64,000 nt of DNA from NCBI GenBank assembly GCA_051362555.1, contig CM120641.1, forward strand, positions 19,654,001-19,718,000. Direction: 5' to 3'. The stretch comes from Lingula anatina (lineage: Eukaryota; Animalia; Brachiopoda). Shown one piece after another: positions 1 to 14,761 of the stretch (positions are counted from its first letter, which is position 1; the number at the start of each line of letters is the position of its first letter). The notes beneath the pieces are model-generated. The model saw nothing but the letters and a program-made list of their open reading frames with translations. It did no database searches and had not been told where the DNA came from. The translations under genes were made by a program, and so were the position numbers.

Positions 1-105
1 CTATATTATTGCAATGTAGACAAATGGCTTCTTTGACTATAGCAGGGATTCAAATTTCCACTAAAGTACACTTGATCTTATCATTTAATTCTTTCAAAAC
101 TCCAG

Positions 106-3100
106 GGTGGTCTATACCTGGTGCTGGGGACAGTGGACAAGAGGTGCCTTGCCACCAAGAGAAGCTGGGAGATTTTGAACCAGATATGGCCAGTCTTGGT
201 CCAGGCTCAGCACTCTGAGAAACCATCTATACTGAAGCTCATCGATGATATAGCTGACAAAGTCCACAAACACCTCACCACTGTATCTGTTAACATACAG
301 GTAAAAGTGTTCATTGCAATTACAAGTAACTCTTTTAAGCTATGGTAATAAGTTCTTTTAACTAGATAGCTGTAATGCTTGAGCTCAGTAAAATATACTT
401 TTAATGGCTGAGAAAGGGCACCAGGAACGTTGTGTTCAGTGTTTATCAGTTATTATCATTTCAGTGTTCATTTTTAAATATCTTTTGATATAGCTAGCTT
501 TCTGGAGTATTAAGACACAAGTTTAACAATTTTTATTTGAACAAGACAACTTTATGATATAATACTTTACACTCTCAGACTGGTACTAATGTTATGTGCA
601 TGTGTCATCATGATCCCTTATGTATGTGTATGTATATCTATTTATATATGTATTTAATATGAATCAAAGATAAAAAAAGATTTACATAATACATCCTACA
701 TAGAGTACGGAATAAAATCTTAGTAATTATAAATCTTGCCAAAAATATAAATCAGTCCTTTTATTCCCCCAGGTACCTCCCCATTGTTTAGAAGTTGCCC
801 AGTTGCCCTGGAGCACCCAGTTACCAAAGCCAGTACTGCCTCCAGCCAACTCAGAGGAGATGAAGCATGGACTAGAACAGCAAGAGGAGAGGAATAGCTG
901 CTATACACAGTAAGCTGCTGATAGTTTGCAGTCTGTGGATTTTTTTACTGACATTTGATGTATTTGTAATGAAATGAATGGGTGTTATTTTCTATCTGGT
1001 AATGCTTAACTGAGATGAGAGCAATGCAGGAAGTGAAAAATGCAGGACTTGAGGTATTAATCCAAAAAAACACCATTATGTAAGACATAACGATATCTCT
1101 TGTAGAATATTTTACAAAAAATGCTTAGTAATTCAAATTGTTTCTCTTTTTAGGCAATACTATAAACTGGTCAATACCCTGGTTGAACTTGTAGAGGGAG
1201 GTACATTGTAAGTACTGAAACAAACTTTGCCTTTGTTCTGGTGTAGATGAAAAACTAAACATGTTGGCTAAAAACTAGTAGGTTGACATTGATATCTTAT
1301 TTGAAGCTTATATTAATTAACTATGATATGGCCGAAAGTCTATTCTGTAAACTTGATGTGTGTTAATTTTACATATAAAAATTACTTTTTACAGGCGATG
1401 GAAATTTTACCAGATTGCAATGGAGCTTTTAGCCCTCATCATCAGGCATGATGCCAAGTTGCCTCAAAGTGCTGTCAACCTCTTTGTCAAGAACATGGCC
1501 AGTGAGACGTTGTTGATTAGAAAGGTATAACATTCAAAACTTCAACCAAGAATAATACAACTCTGACTTACATCACCAGAAGATCATGCTTTCTAAAATT
1601 GGTTTTCAGTATCAAGTTTTTGTTGTTTTTTGTGAGCTGAGCTATTCATCCTGGTATAATAGATTTGAATTCTGTTCCAGCTTTCTTTGGGTGCAGTGTC
1701 TTCCATTCTGAAGCAACAGAAGAGAAAGCATCCGCGCATGGTAATAGATCCCTTTGCTGTTAGTGGCTGTGAACAGCCTAGCAATGGGCATTCTTTGCCA
1801 GGAGATAGCAGACTGGATAATGCATGGCTGCAGTATCGGTCAGACACTCGTCCAGATACGCTGGACAAGTGGGAGAAGACTGTGTTTGTGGACAAAACAC
1901 ATTGGGGATACTACTGCTGGCCAAAGTGAGTACATAGGTTTTTTTATTATTATTATTTTATTTTAATATCATTGAATATTTCTTGTATGGACTACATGAT
2001 ATGCTTATTTGAATAACAGTTAAGATTTTTTTATTTAGGAGTATGGCTATGACATGAAGCAACCTAAAAAAATATGGTTTCAGTTCATAATTACTGTAAC
2101 TTTAAGTTTATTTTGGAAATTGACATTGGATTTATATCAAAATTTTACTAGATTTTGTAGCCACCACAGATGAATCAGTATTATTTTGTACATCTACTGC
2201 AATTTTTCATTTTTTTTCCCAGAAATATGGAAGTATACGCTCCATACTCACAGCAGCCAAAGTTAGGGAGAAAGAGAGAAGAGTTGGAACCTGAAGAGCA
2301 ACCCATATATGATCATTTTACTAGACAAGACTTTGTTGACAAGATGCTGGGATTTCTATCTCTAGAAGAAAATAAAGGAAAGGATAAATTTTCTACCAAA
2401 CATTATACTCTTTTCAAGGTAAGAACTTGATTAGTGTTCCAAAATAAGATATGAACATAAATTATATATTTTAGAAAGAAACATCTCTGGATTTACACAT
2501 CTGTTTTAATGTATGGCATGCTTGAAAATGTATTGTCAATTCATTGATGTTTTGAAGTTTATGAGATACCATATTTTCTCTCAATCTCTTTCAGGGATTG
2601 TTTAGGAATTTTGATGATGCCTTTCTGCCATATCTTAAACCACACATTGAGAAGCTTGTTGCTGATACAAGTCATGATGGTCATGACAGCAGCCAACGCT
2701 GTGCTGCTGAAATCATTTCTGGGTTGATTAGAGGCAGCAAACACTGGACTTTCGACAAGGTGAGGTCAATTTTTAGTTGGACTTAGTTTGCACATTTAGA
2801 GTTGAGAGCAAAAAAAACTGGAAAAGATGGAATTCTTATTGTTAAACAAGAATGTTACTAGTACGGAAAAGATTCTTCAAAATAAACATTGTTTTGATTG
2901 GTGTTTCAGAACCACCATCAAACACAAATTATGATAAATGACAGAACATTTATTTCATATATGATTTTGCATGTTGTTTCATAGGTATCTTCCATGTGGG
3001 AATGGTTGGTTCCAGTTTTAAGAACTGCTATCAATAACATGACCACAGAAAGTGTGACTGACTGGGGCACTTGTTTTGCTACAGCATCAGTAAGTCATTA

Positions 3101-6100
3101 TACAAAACTGATTACTAAGAAGTGTAGATAGTGTTAATATTTGCATTTTCTAAGTATGAATCTAGCTTGTATAGATATATGGAAAGCAATTGCAGCACTT
3201 TACTAATAATATTGTTTTGGTCATGAATAAAGAAATTCATGAATTTAAGCAAGCATATTTTTCAGTATTAGAATTTAAGATTTTTCGTAAATTTTCCATT
3301 TTTGAATATGTATTTGTAGCTGTCTTCTGAACTTTCAGGAAAGTCGTGATCCGAGAAAACTCCATTGGCTATTTGAGGTTTTGATGGAGAGCCCAATAAG
3401 TGGTGCTGGAGGGTCCTTTGGAGATGCAAGGTCAGTAGTAAATTACTTGAATTTGATATACATTTTGAATATGAAAAAATGGCCTTCCTTCTTTCACCTG
3501 TAAGGTAAAATATACCTATTCTACAGGAATACTTGAGCATGCAGTATGGCTTGTCAAAATGTCTTACTACGCCTGTTAGACAATGACAAATAGTTAGTGA
3601 AAAGGTGAAAATTAAAGGAATGAAAGCCACTTAAAGATTTCAGTTTGCCAGTGCTTCTCAAATATACTTCTATTAAACAATAAGAGAAATCTCCTAGTCA
3701 TAAAGAAAAGATGCTAATTTAAAAAGGCTCAAAATAAAAGTGATTTGAAGTTTGCATTTTGTGGATACTTTACTTTTTGTTGCAGTCGTTTGTACGTACT
3801 TCAAGGTGCATTGGCACAACAAGAATGGCGTGTTGCAGAGTTGCTACATAGACTTATAAACTACCTCATCCCTCATCTGAAACACCCTTACAAAAATGTC
3901 CGAGATAGGATTGGAAGGTGGGTCTTAAGGGCAGGGGTTTCTCTTTTTCTCCTGTTGTTTGCTGTGATAGCACCAGTTAAATGGCATGCAGTCACAGGGC
4001 TATTTCAAGCATATTTGACATCTAATCACAGATGATGATTATATGGAATATACTTTATATTTCTTTAAATACACAAACTGAATTTTAATATCAGCTTGAT
4101 TGGTTTATTTTCCCCCAAGAAGTTTTGGCACATTTTGTGGTGTTTTGAAATCCTCAGAGTTATTGAAATTTCTGTTTTAGTATTCAATATTTAATGGAAT
4201 GTTTGTATTGAATTGAAGTACTAAAATTTTTCTGTTTGCTGTCTGTACATTTGTTAGCTTTGCTGAAGTAGTTTATAAGATAAATATATAAATATTTTGA
4301 ATGTTTTCAGTGTTCTCACTAGTATAAGTGTGTCTGACTATACTGTGCCACATGGCCTGCCAACAAGGTGCCCACAAAGGAAGGAATTCATAGAGGGTTT
4401 CTTGCCACAGCTTGAGGTGCTAGAAGATGTTGAAGATAGCCCACCTCTCTCTATAGCAACTACAGAGAAGATGGAAGTGGACAAAGCAACAGGTAAACAG
4501 AGTTGTGATGACTTTAGCAGAGTAGAGAGGTATTACTTGTTTTGGGGGTTATAAATTAAACAGTTGAAGTGTATTACTTTGGTGGTCAGTGATCTGATTT
4601 GTCTTAAACATTCAATCATGTTGTTTTTCATGGTCCATTTTGTTTGTTGGCCAAATAAAGTATGTTAGACATATGATTTGTGATTGTAAGTCTCTGTGGC
4701 TATGGGCTCATCACTTGTCCAAGTTGTCCCTTATCTCTGAAATCACAGAGTGACCCCAAGGTTTAGGTCCATAGTTTATTATAAAACAAAATAAGAGATG
4801 AAAAAAAATCACTAACAATAACAATTTACGCCTTTTCTCAGCTTTAGTCCTGAAAGCAACCTATCATGATATATATAACCAACCATGAGATTCAGATTCA
4901 GAAGTATATTAGAACATACAACTATAGTAATTTAAAAACAAGTTGTGCTGCCAATGCAATCACTGGACACTCATGTTGTGACAATAGAGCTAAGTTATTA
5001 TGTACAAAATGCAGCATAAGATGTAAGAAATGATTAAAAATTTAGATATTTGTACTAGTACTCTTCAGCACTTTATGATGTATACTGCTCAGTTTGATAT
5101 GTGACCTTTCGCAATAAATAATGGCCACATGTCCTGGCATATAAATCTTCCTGTAGTGCATGACAGAAGTATTACAATAAATTTAAAGTAAATATACACA
5201 GAAAATAATATAAACTACATGCCCTGACAGTAGATACAAGTGTTTACAGTGAGAGCAAATCTGAGACTTGCACAAACACACTCAAGGAAGAAGCAACCTT
5301 GTCCATGAAAGATGCTACTCTCTATGAATGAAAAGGAGGATAACACAAGTCTCCCAATATCTATGTTGGAGCAGATTGACACACCTGTTGTGGTATATGA
5401 TATATTTTTGCATGTAGTAGACTGAATTACAATAATTTTTCCAGATGATGTCACGCCCGATGAAAAGATGGAAGTGGATGATGAATCTGCGGCAAATAAT
5501 CATGTCAAAGAAGATGCAGATATTGATGATCCAAGGAAGAGTGCCATCAAACTCTGTAAAACAGGTTAGGGCATTCATGCCAATCCCTGCAGTAAAAGAC
5601 CCATCTGTCTGTGGCATATTACTGTGATTAAATGCATATCTGACAATTATGCATATTGAACAAAGATGTCAGCTTTAGAATCTTTGATGTGAGTGAATAC
5701 AAAATCTGATCTTACTGTATTAAAATTAATTTTCATCTTTTAGTAATGAAGTATGTCCAGGGGAACTTGAGTCGTATGTTTCACTGCCAGTCACCAGAAC
5801 AGCTCAAACTTTTGCCTGTGGTAAGGCCTTGAAAGTACTTAGAAGTATATAGAAAATGCTATTTGTGAATCATTGATATATTGTATGAATTACTACATTT
5901 GGCTATACAGTGAGTGATGATGAAGGATGCTGTCAAGAAAATATGGACCAATCATCTCACTTCTGTGAATACATTAAAGATGAAATTTATATGGGTATAA
6001 AATACCACAGTTCTTTCCAAAATGTAAATAATATGTCTTTTGTTATTATTATTATTATGTGCAATATTTTGTATTTGTTTTATTTTATATACTTTTTAGA

Positions 6101-8055
6101 TTGCTCCTCTGAATAGTGTGACTGGGGATGATGATCTCAAACGAGAGACCAGTGTCACTTTAGCATGTATGGCTCAGGCATATATCTCACCTAAAGACAT
6201 AAGCTTAGCTTTAGCTATTGCTAAAGAGGTAAGGCTAGACAGCATTTCTCTCCTTAAGCTATGTCCTCCCATCTTTATCATGCCATTTTAGATATTTTGA
6301 ATAATCTTCAAAATAATTTCAGGCTTTAGAAATCTTATTTAATTCTGTAAAATTGCAAATTGAAAAAAAAAATTACACTTTTGATGAGGTGTTTTAAGTC
6401 TCTTTTTTGTTGCAAAATTCTTTAAAAGAGGACTTGGCTTCACTTTTTTCTGTCAATTGTTCACTGATGAGACTTTTCCGACTTTTGTCAGAATTCTGAC
6501 TTGTTCAGGGTCATTTCGGTCCTTCTTGTGAATCGTGTACCCTGGACCCCTGGCCAATTTTCCTACTTTTTCAGTGAGGACTGATCCGTACCTGATTGTT
6601 GCTCAACTATCAATCCTGTTTAACATCTTTTATTTTAGGTGTCTGGTCTGAAGTCTTGGCATGCCAGGTCAGCCATCTTGCAGTACATACAGGTCATGGT
6701 GTTCAGCAACCTGTTCAATCTTCAACAGCCTGAATATAAAGAACATGTGAAAGAACTAGTGCTGCACTTGCTATGTGATGATCAGCTAGAGGTTAGAATT
6801 TTAACAGTGTGTTTTTGTGTGTGGATGCATGTATGCACTAAGAAATTTCAAACACCTCACTCATTCCAAAGGTGTTTCAGATACATGAAGTGTGGTGTGC
6901 TTAGCTGGCCTTGCCTCCTTCAAGACTACTGTATTATCATAGGTCATTTCTGATGAAATAGGACATTGTAGTTACTATAAATTGTTATATGTCTTAAATT
7001 GTTCTAAATTTTGAGCTCAAGTACTGTTTTAAATAGTGCAGATTTAGATTAATCAAAAAAAGAGTAATGTTTTGCATTTCCTAGGTTGAATGTTTGATCA
7101 AAATGTATATTATTTATATCCAGGTGCGAGAAATGGCTGCTGTAACATTAGGAGGATTTCTTCACTGCAAATACTTTGAGATAGACCATGATTTGCTGCA
7201 GCATTTTGAGAAGCTTAGTAGTACAAAACTGAAGAAAAAGCGACGTCTCTCTGGGCCATTGTCCTTGGAAAACTTGCTAAAGCGCCATGCTGGAGTTCTG
7301 GGACTTAGTGCTTGTATACAAGCCTATCCATATGATGTTCCTGGATTCATGCCACAGGTTTTAATGGACCTTAGTGACCATGTGGATGACCCACAACCAA
7401 TTCAGGTGTGTAAACTCTGAAAAAAACATTATACTTTTACCATGATTTCAGTCTCATTGTTTACTCTCATGTTAAACATATGTATGTTGGTGTGCAGGTC
7501 TCCCTTTTTATTATGATATTGAGAAAATGTTGTTTAAACATATTTTTTTCAACAAAGTCATTAAATTATAATCCCCATTACAAGGTCTCATACTTTTGAT
7601 TTTCAACAAACAAACTCCTACAATTTTCAACAAACAAACCCCTACTTTCTTAAAACATTTCAATGCTCATTGAATACCATCAGTCAAATAAAATGCCTCA
7701 ATGGTGCTATAGGAGGTCTCCAACGTGTTTGTGGAAAGTGTAAACATAAGAACTTACAACAGTTTGCCAAAACAGATGAACTTATTTCAACATAAATCTC
7801 CTATAATTGCTTGCAACAAAATTTTCTGCCCATATAAATTCAAATTTGTATTGTAGGTTAAAGCAAATTTCTATTGCAGCCATAACATGTTTTATTAAAC
7901 AGAAATATTTTGTTTCCCAGATGACTGTAAAGAAGACTCTCTCAGACTTCAGGAGAACTCACCATGACAACTGGATGGACCACAAGCAGAAGTTCACTGA
8001 TGACCAACTTGTGGTACTCACTGATCTTCTGGTTTCACCCAATTACTATGCTTGA
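106..8055 (+). CDS. PSME4: Proteasome activator complex subunit 4 (PA200/Blm10), 3' part; gene starts upstream of the window
   Basis: Phase-consistent GT-AG exons: 106-300, 773-909, 1154-1207, 1395-1524, 1681-1925, 2223-2418, 2595-2759, 2985-3089, 3339-3430, 3786-3917, 4311-4492, 5445-5564, 5744-5820, 6100-6228, 6639-6791, 7124-7405, 7921-8055. Motifs [51 protein letters not shown] and [15 protein letters not shown]; ends in the HbYX-type tail LLVSPNYYA*. Confidence 0.96.
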
Positions 8056-9239
8056 GGCAGGACACACACAAAAAAAAAACAGTTTGCCACCTACCAATGA
8101 TAATCACTTTTTATAAACACAAATTATTACTAATTCAATGAATTTATTGAAAATTTGGGCAATCGGTCATGTTATTCAAGGTATAATAAGGGTGTAATAG
8201 GGTGTTATACTTTAATCCAACATTAAGCAATATTGTTATTTATTTATTTATTTTAGGTAAAAAATAACCACATCATTCATAGCACAAAACCATAATGTAT
8301 GGATCAGTATGAAAGACTTGTGTAGGTCTCTTGATAACATGTCATACCCATGCATAATAAACAAAATATGATATGTATTTGAAGAATGGCTGCTTTTAAG
8401 GATTAATTTACAGAAAATCTTTTAAGTTCTTTAAAAGACAGTTTATTACAGGATGTCTTCGATCATCTTTGTTTGTCATTGATTTTAGTTACCTTCAATT
8501 TATAATCTCATGCAATGAGATGGCAAGTTATGAATATTAATGCAAAGGTTTAACTAGCATAAGCTGAATTTGACCCAAGAAATAATTTCATTATTATTAT
8601 TGAAGAGAACTCTATATAAATTAACTAAGGTAGAAACATACCTGATTTTTTTTTCAGTGTTGGTTTTAATTGGCTGTTTATATGAAACAGCAGATAACAT
8701 TTTTTGAAAACCCCTCATTGTATTCTTGGTAAGAATTTTTTAATATTATACCAACCCTCATTAAGACCAGGGTATCCAATCAAGCACATCTGTTAAACAT
8801 TTAATATATTCATATAATCACTCCATGGTGAAAGTCTGACGTGATAAAATAGGAGTGCCAGAGACAGGAAAGTGTTCAAAATTAATTGAAGAACATGTAT
8901 GTCTTAATTCTGAATGTTTATTATACACATTAATCAGACTTTACAGCCTATTGTTAAAGTTGGCAGAAAGGTATGGATGTTTTTGAGCCATGTTATTTGA
9001 ATAGAAGAAGAGACAAAAAAATGGAGTCCAAGCTTTATTATATGTTGTTGGGAGTTGCCATTATGGCGCTTATTGTCTGTTAATCAAGTTAATCGAACAG
9101 TAATAGATATTTTACAGCAAGTTAACACACTAGAAAAAGATTTGATGGCAAATTTACAAGAAAAAAGTAAAACGTACAAATATTCATTTTGTTGTTGTTG
9201 AGTTATGTGCATAAAAGTAGTCAGAAATTTGTTATTTTT

Positions 9240-9495
9240 CAGTGGTGGATTTTTTTTTGGGGGGGGGGGGGCGGAGGGTCCTGACCCCTCCTTTGGTTTC
9301 TGGGAAAAAATCGCACCAATATTCCCCTCTTGATATTAGAATTATAAGAGCTAAATCATAGTAAACTGTTCTAAACTGCACCAAATGGCACCGTTTGCCC
9401 TCCAAAACACCGAACCCCACACCAAAGGGGCAAGAGCCGGCTTCGCATTTGAAGCCTGTCATTCTTTAAAAATAATAATTCTAGATCCGCCACTG
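9240..9495. mobile_element. Short non-autonomous DNA transposon (MITE), degraded
   Basis: Inverted termini CAGTGGTGGAT / ATCCGCCACTG; G-run inside the left end; internal TGCACCAAAT(G/T)GCACC motif shared with the element at 32493-33804. No target duplication visible. Confidence 0.6.
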
Positions 9496-9598
9496 TGCTT
9501 CTAGTTTGGTTATTGCACAACACGCTCAATGTGACAGGTGCGACAGCATCGCGAACGAGGCATTATCGCGGAAAATGTGCAAAAAAACATCACCGACA

Positions 9599-9612
9599 CT
9601 GCCACCTAGCGG
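9599..9612 (-). promoter_or_regulatory. Candidate CTCF-binding motif upstream of the ZNF839-like gene
   Basis: Minus strand reads CCGCTAGGTGGCAG, a close match to the CTCF core; lies in a CpG-enriched stretch about 210 bp before the ATG at 9824. Confidence 0.45.
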
Positions 9613-9823
9613 CAATGACGCAAGCAACGTACTGGTTGTTGGAATTCGCGCCAACGGGATCGCGCATTTCTGTCAGGAAATTTTCGAAGATTGCAAATTA
9701 TGTGTTCGTAAAATTTCGCAATATTATATAACGAACGAGAGGAACTATTTTCACAGTCGTCGTACGGAAATAATTTTAAATTAAAAGGGAATTCCTAAAG
9801 TGACCTAGATCTGAAAAGCCAAT

Positions 9824-12800
9824 ATGGCGGACGAAGCTGATGATGCCGTGCATATGATTCCTGGACAAGGTATTGTTAACCAGCCAGATATGATCACGGA
9901 AGGGGTTGTAAACGAAAACGACGGAGAAGAGGTAAATGAGGATATTCTTCAACAAGCGCTAGAAGAAGCACAGGAAGAATATGACCATGCAACCGTGGTG
10001 TACTCCGATGGAAGCATGATCGCTAATTCGAACGACGTGATTGTAAATAGCCATGTAGATGGTGTTGGTGAGGTGTACGAACAAGACAATGTCGTCTATC
10101 ATGTAGTTGACAACACAATGGAAGCTCAAGATCCTTCAACCGGTCTAAGTACCACGCAAATAAGTGCAACTAGTGAGCCAGTTGTTGTAAGCGATGGCAA
10201 TTCTGATATATCTCGCCAAGTGGTTAATGTTGTTCAAACAACTCCAACAAACATTGATCCTGCTGCACCCCTAGGTACCAGTGATAATCCCATACGAATT
10301 GTGCAGCAGGGAAATCAGTACACTTCTTTGCAGCAATTAAGTGCAGAACAGGTAGCCCAGATAATGCAAGTTTTGCAAAATCAGCATGTTGCCAAAAAGA
10401 CACAAGAAAGTAGCTCAGGTTCGAGTGTTTTGTTTAATCCACAAACTAATACACGGATAGTTTACAGAGTCATTCAACCATCTGAATTACACAAGAATGG
10501 ATCTGGTTTAATATCAACACCTTCTCAACTGACACGCACCATCTCTCAACAGACTCCAGGCAGTGTCACTGGGACAAAGAGACAGTATCGCAAAAGACAT
10601 AAAGGAGAAGACGACGATAAAACTGATGGTCCAGAACTGAGTAAAGAGGAAAAAGAAGAGAGGAAAAAACACCGACCAAGGACAAGATCTGGAAGGGTTT
10701 CAAAACCACCGAAGCACATGGTGCAAGACTATAAACATATTCATCCTGTTGACTGGGATGAAGACATGGATGACTCAGATGGGGGATATTCAGACTTTAA
10801 ATATAGTGAAGAAGAAGATGACGAAGGACGACAGAAAGACCACAAAGACTCAAATTATATTCATCCAGGTATTAAAATGGAGATGGAATCATTTTTAAAA
10901 TACCTTGGCTTTCACACTTTAATATTTTGAAAGAAATATGTTAATTGTCTTTTTTCATTAAAGGCTTCCTGGAGAAGTATGTGCAGTTTCTGGAAAAAAG
11001 AAATAAATTGAAATATTGGTCCCTTATTGCAATCCTTAGTGTACTTTAAGAGCATTCACATCTGGGATACGTTAACTTGGAGTCTGCCTAAAAAGCGCAA
11101 AGGTTCATTGACAACACCTGTTTTGAGGACTGATGTTCTGTTTAAATACATGATTGCAGTGCTCAAGATGTCAGATTTCAAGGGATGCCCTTATACAAGT
11201 AAATGCATTTTATTCTATGTCATACATTTTGTTTGTTTTTTCAGGTGTTGGCACTAGCAGAAGGAAGACAAATAAGTGCGAGACTTGTGACAAAACTTAC
11301 ATTGGACGTGGCGGATTAGCCAGGCACTACAGACTATATCCAAGTCATGGGCGCTTGGAAGATGATCCAACACATTCAAATTCAGGTAAGTAAAAACACT
11401 TTTATGTGTCAGTCCCATTTTTCTTAAAAGCAGACTAACTGTATATTTCAATTTGTAGTCATTTTGTAACTAGAGGTACATACTTATCTTGTTTATATGT
11501 GCTGTTTGGGTAATCCATACTAATATCTGTCACTTCAGAGAAAACCAACGGGCTGCTTTCAGTATCAGAGGACAGTAACACTCAAGACTCTTTCTCCAAA
11601 AACACCACAGGCACCTCTTCTGCTGTCATCAAACCAACCAGTAATGTTTCCAGGGCTATGAACCGAGCGAGAAATTCTCTACTTCAAGAAAACAATCCAC
11701 ATAAAAGAAAAGCTAAGTTGAGAGATGTGAGTATTGAAAGAGGACTAAGAACATTTTCAGTGTGAATTCAACAGTAGGATAATCAGGGTGCAGATAAACC
11801 ACTTTCCGACTGCCGGGTTGCAGTGAATTTCTTCTGTTATAAATTAACGAGCCAAATACTCTCTTTTGGCTTTAATGAAGACAAACTCTTCCATGTCCAG
11901 CACGTAGAACAACAAGGTAATTTAAAGTTGTGTACATTGGAATTTGAATGATGAGAAGCGATTTCATTGTATAATTATTTCCCTTATAAGTATTCTATTT
12001 TCTGTCAAGTTATACAGTAAGGACAGCTAATTGCAATTTGATACATTACATTTTAGATTGTCCGCCAGTGTGAAAATGAAGAGTTGATGGAAGTCGTCCT
12101 GCCAAAATTAGCCAAAGTAATCACAACGTGGGAATTTTTATTTATGAAGGTATAATTATGTGTGTGTTTTTTTCCCATGTTCACAACAACCAATGAAAAT
12201 TGAGTTGATAAATAGCAGACATCAATGTCATCATTGATTCAGGCTACAAGCATTATGAATCATTTTGCTTCTGTTCTCTTTTGTTAGGTCTTTAAGTCAT
12301 TGGTGAAGACCTAAAGGAAGTAAAAACCTCAATTCATCATTGTTTTGCTTGGATGTAGTGTTTGCCAATTACACATCCAGTATGTGCACTGGGTTTGATC
12401 TAAAACTGCAACATTCATTGGGTAGAATTCCATTACTGTTACTCTACATGAATTATAATGATAGATGTTTTCTTTTGTCACATTTATTTTCTTTAGGCTG
12501 AATCTAGCAAGTCTGGCAAACCGGTCTTCCAAGAAATGTTCAAAGAATTTGAGTCTCTGTTTAAACAAATGCAGAAGTCATGTGAGGAATATCTCCGTCC
12601 ATTACCAGATGGAGAAACAATTACAGCTGCTTCTAAGCAACTTGAGGTGAGAAATTACATCTTGACTATTTTTACTCATTTTAGGGCACTAACATATTGC
12701 AATATGCCATGAAATGGCATTATCAAAAGCAAGCTTTCAGAATTGACTGTATCACAAAAAAGACCCGGGTTGTGTTTTTAACCAGAATGAATGTGCCAAA

Positions 12801-14200
12801 TTAGATTTTAGCAGCAATATGGGTTTGACAGTTTTTGGAATTCATATATTTGGGAATTTTTTTCCAACTTCACAAAAAGTCTAGATACTTTATGAGTAAG
12901 CCCCATTGTGTTGGTGTGACATGCACACTACTTGCATTTCTGTGCTTTGACAAACACCTGACATTCCCAATAGCTCTGCTCAAAGAGCATCTTCGCTATA
13001 TAAGTTGGAATAGAAGTCAAGCTATAGTATGCTAAGACTAGACACTCTCTGCCACAGGTCTGGGGACTTTTCCCAAAGCAAGCTAGCTTTGACGCAAGTC
13101 TTTCAAGTATCTATGATAATTTATCATTTGACAAAATAACCCTTTTATAGGGCTTGTTATTTAATTCACTGTTTTTGTGGCACAAACACAATAAATATAT
13201 TTTTTTTATTAAGGTCTTGAATATTCAGGGACAAAGTTTACAATCTCTGAAAGCTTTCCATTTCAACAACTGTGCTTCTCTTGTGATATTGATTAAATTT
13301 TCTGTAATAATGGTTATTGGTTTTATTACTAAATTTAAATGTAATTCCCAAGGTCAAGGTCAGGTTTATATTCTTAGGTTGGGACCTTGTTTGATACAGA
13401 GTCGATGTAGGAGTTTTGAATAGTAAATTTATAGGCTGCAAAGAAGAATAACTACTTATAAACATCAAAGAAATTATTGTTTTTATTGTTATTTTTACTT
13501 CCACTCATTTCAGATTACTGATACGAAGTTGGCAGAATCTCTAGGTTTGAATGACAGAGTGTACCTCATAAGAGATGTAATTCCAGCAAATTCTGATGAC
13601 AGTAATACATTCCACTACAAACTGCTCACTGCAGATGCTAGAAATTTGACTTCAACAGCAACAAATAAAAGGACACTTGAACTGGTTTCTGCAGATCAGC
13701 TTGTGACACAACCTTCAAAGAAAATGAAAGTGAAAGTTGATGCACCAGCTGTAACAGTTTTACCCTCTATGCACCCAGAGATACTTGAAAATCAGCAGCC
13801 AGAAGAAGCAGTTACCACACATGTAGAAAAAGTCCAGCCTACAAATAACGAAGCAATTGAGCAACAGCAGGTTGTAACTCATGATCCTCAGTCTGCTACT
13901 ATTGAGGTGAACAGTGAAGAGCAGCAAGTAGTGGATGAGAATGGGGAACTGAATCACATATTAGAAGGACAAGAGATTACCGGCGAAAATGTAGAGACGC
14001 ATGTTATAGACCCTGGAGCAAGCATTATCCAGACAGAGGATGGAACGATCTTGATTCAGAATCCAGATGGCACCACTGTACAACTCCATGCTGATCAAGG
14101 AATTCCACTTGAGACTGTCCAGGCTTTATTAGCCATGGAGAACGATGGACAGATACAGATAGACCACACAAGTCAGGAGGAATGTGTTGATCAGCAATAA
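9824..14200 (+). CDS. ZNF839: Zinc finger protein 839-like (single C2H2-type finger)
   Basis: Exons 9824-10868, 11245-11385, 11539-11726, 12057-12149, 12497-12646, 13514-14200. Motifs RTRSGRVSKPPK, CETCDKTYIGRGGLARHYRLYPSHG and QCENEELMEVVLPKLAKVITTWEFLFMK match ZNF839 blocks as recalled; neighbour of CINP as in vertebrates. Confidence 0.85.
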
Positions 14201-14761
14201 AATTAGCCTTTGCGTCCCAGTTGTAAGGATATTGCTGTTGTGTCATATTTCAGGGTTATATTTATTTTACAGCATGGCACATGGCAGCTTGTTTGGATTG
14301 TGCACAATAATACATTTCAGTACAGATTCTACTTTTTCTTCCTTACAATTTATTTCTTGCATTTATGTATTCTTGTCTGTACTGAAGTACTAATGAAAAG
14401 GGACTGAACAAATATACATTTTGAAGAATAGGTATTGGATCATTTTTTATTGTAGGATATTAATGGCATGTTGTTATTGGCCCTAATTTGACAAAATGTC
14501 TGTGCTTCTTATATTAATACATATGGCCACTGCAGTTGAATTGAACAATCTTGTGACCAAATTAAAATGTAGGATATAACAGTGTGAGCTGTTGTACATA
14601 TTAAATTGGCTGCTGACCTCGAATTTTCTAAAAAAAAATTATTTTGAAACATGTTATTGATGCATGTCTTTCATTTGTATATAAGAAGTGTGTGGTTTTT
14701 CATTGATTATTCACTAGTAATCTAGTTCAGCATTTAAAATTGTACATTTTCTGTATACTAC

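Noticed and set aside
5231-5392. Exon-like 162-nt segment in a PSME4 intron with an ATLSMK/ATL(SM)N-like internal repeat
   Set aside because: The required frame has two stops, and repairing the frameshift breaks phase with exon 5445. At best a decayed or poison exon.
5910-5990. GTGATGA box C-like motif in a PSME4 intron (snoRNA?)
   Set aside because: No box D at a suitable distance and no terminal stem.
9495-9784. Two overlapping ORFs upstream of ZNF839-like
   Set aside because: Promoter-region GC content with non-ATG starts; no recognisable protein.
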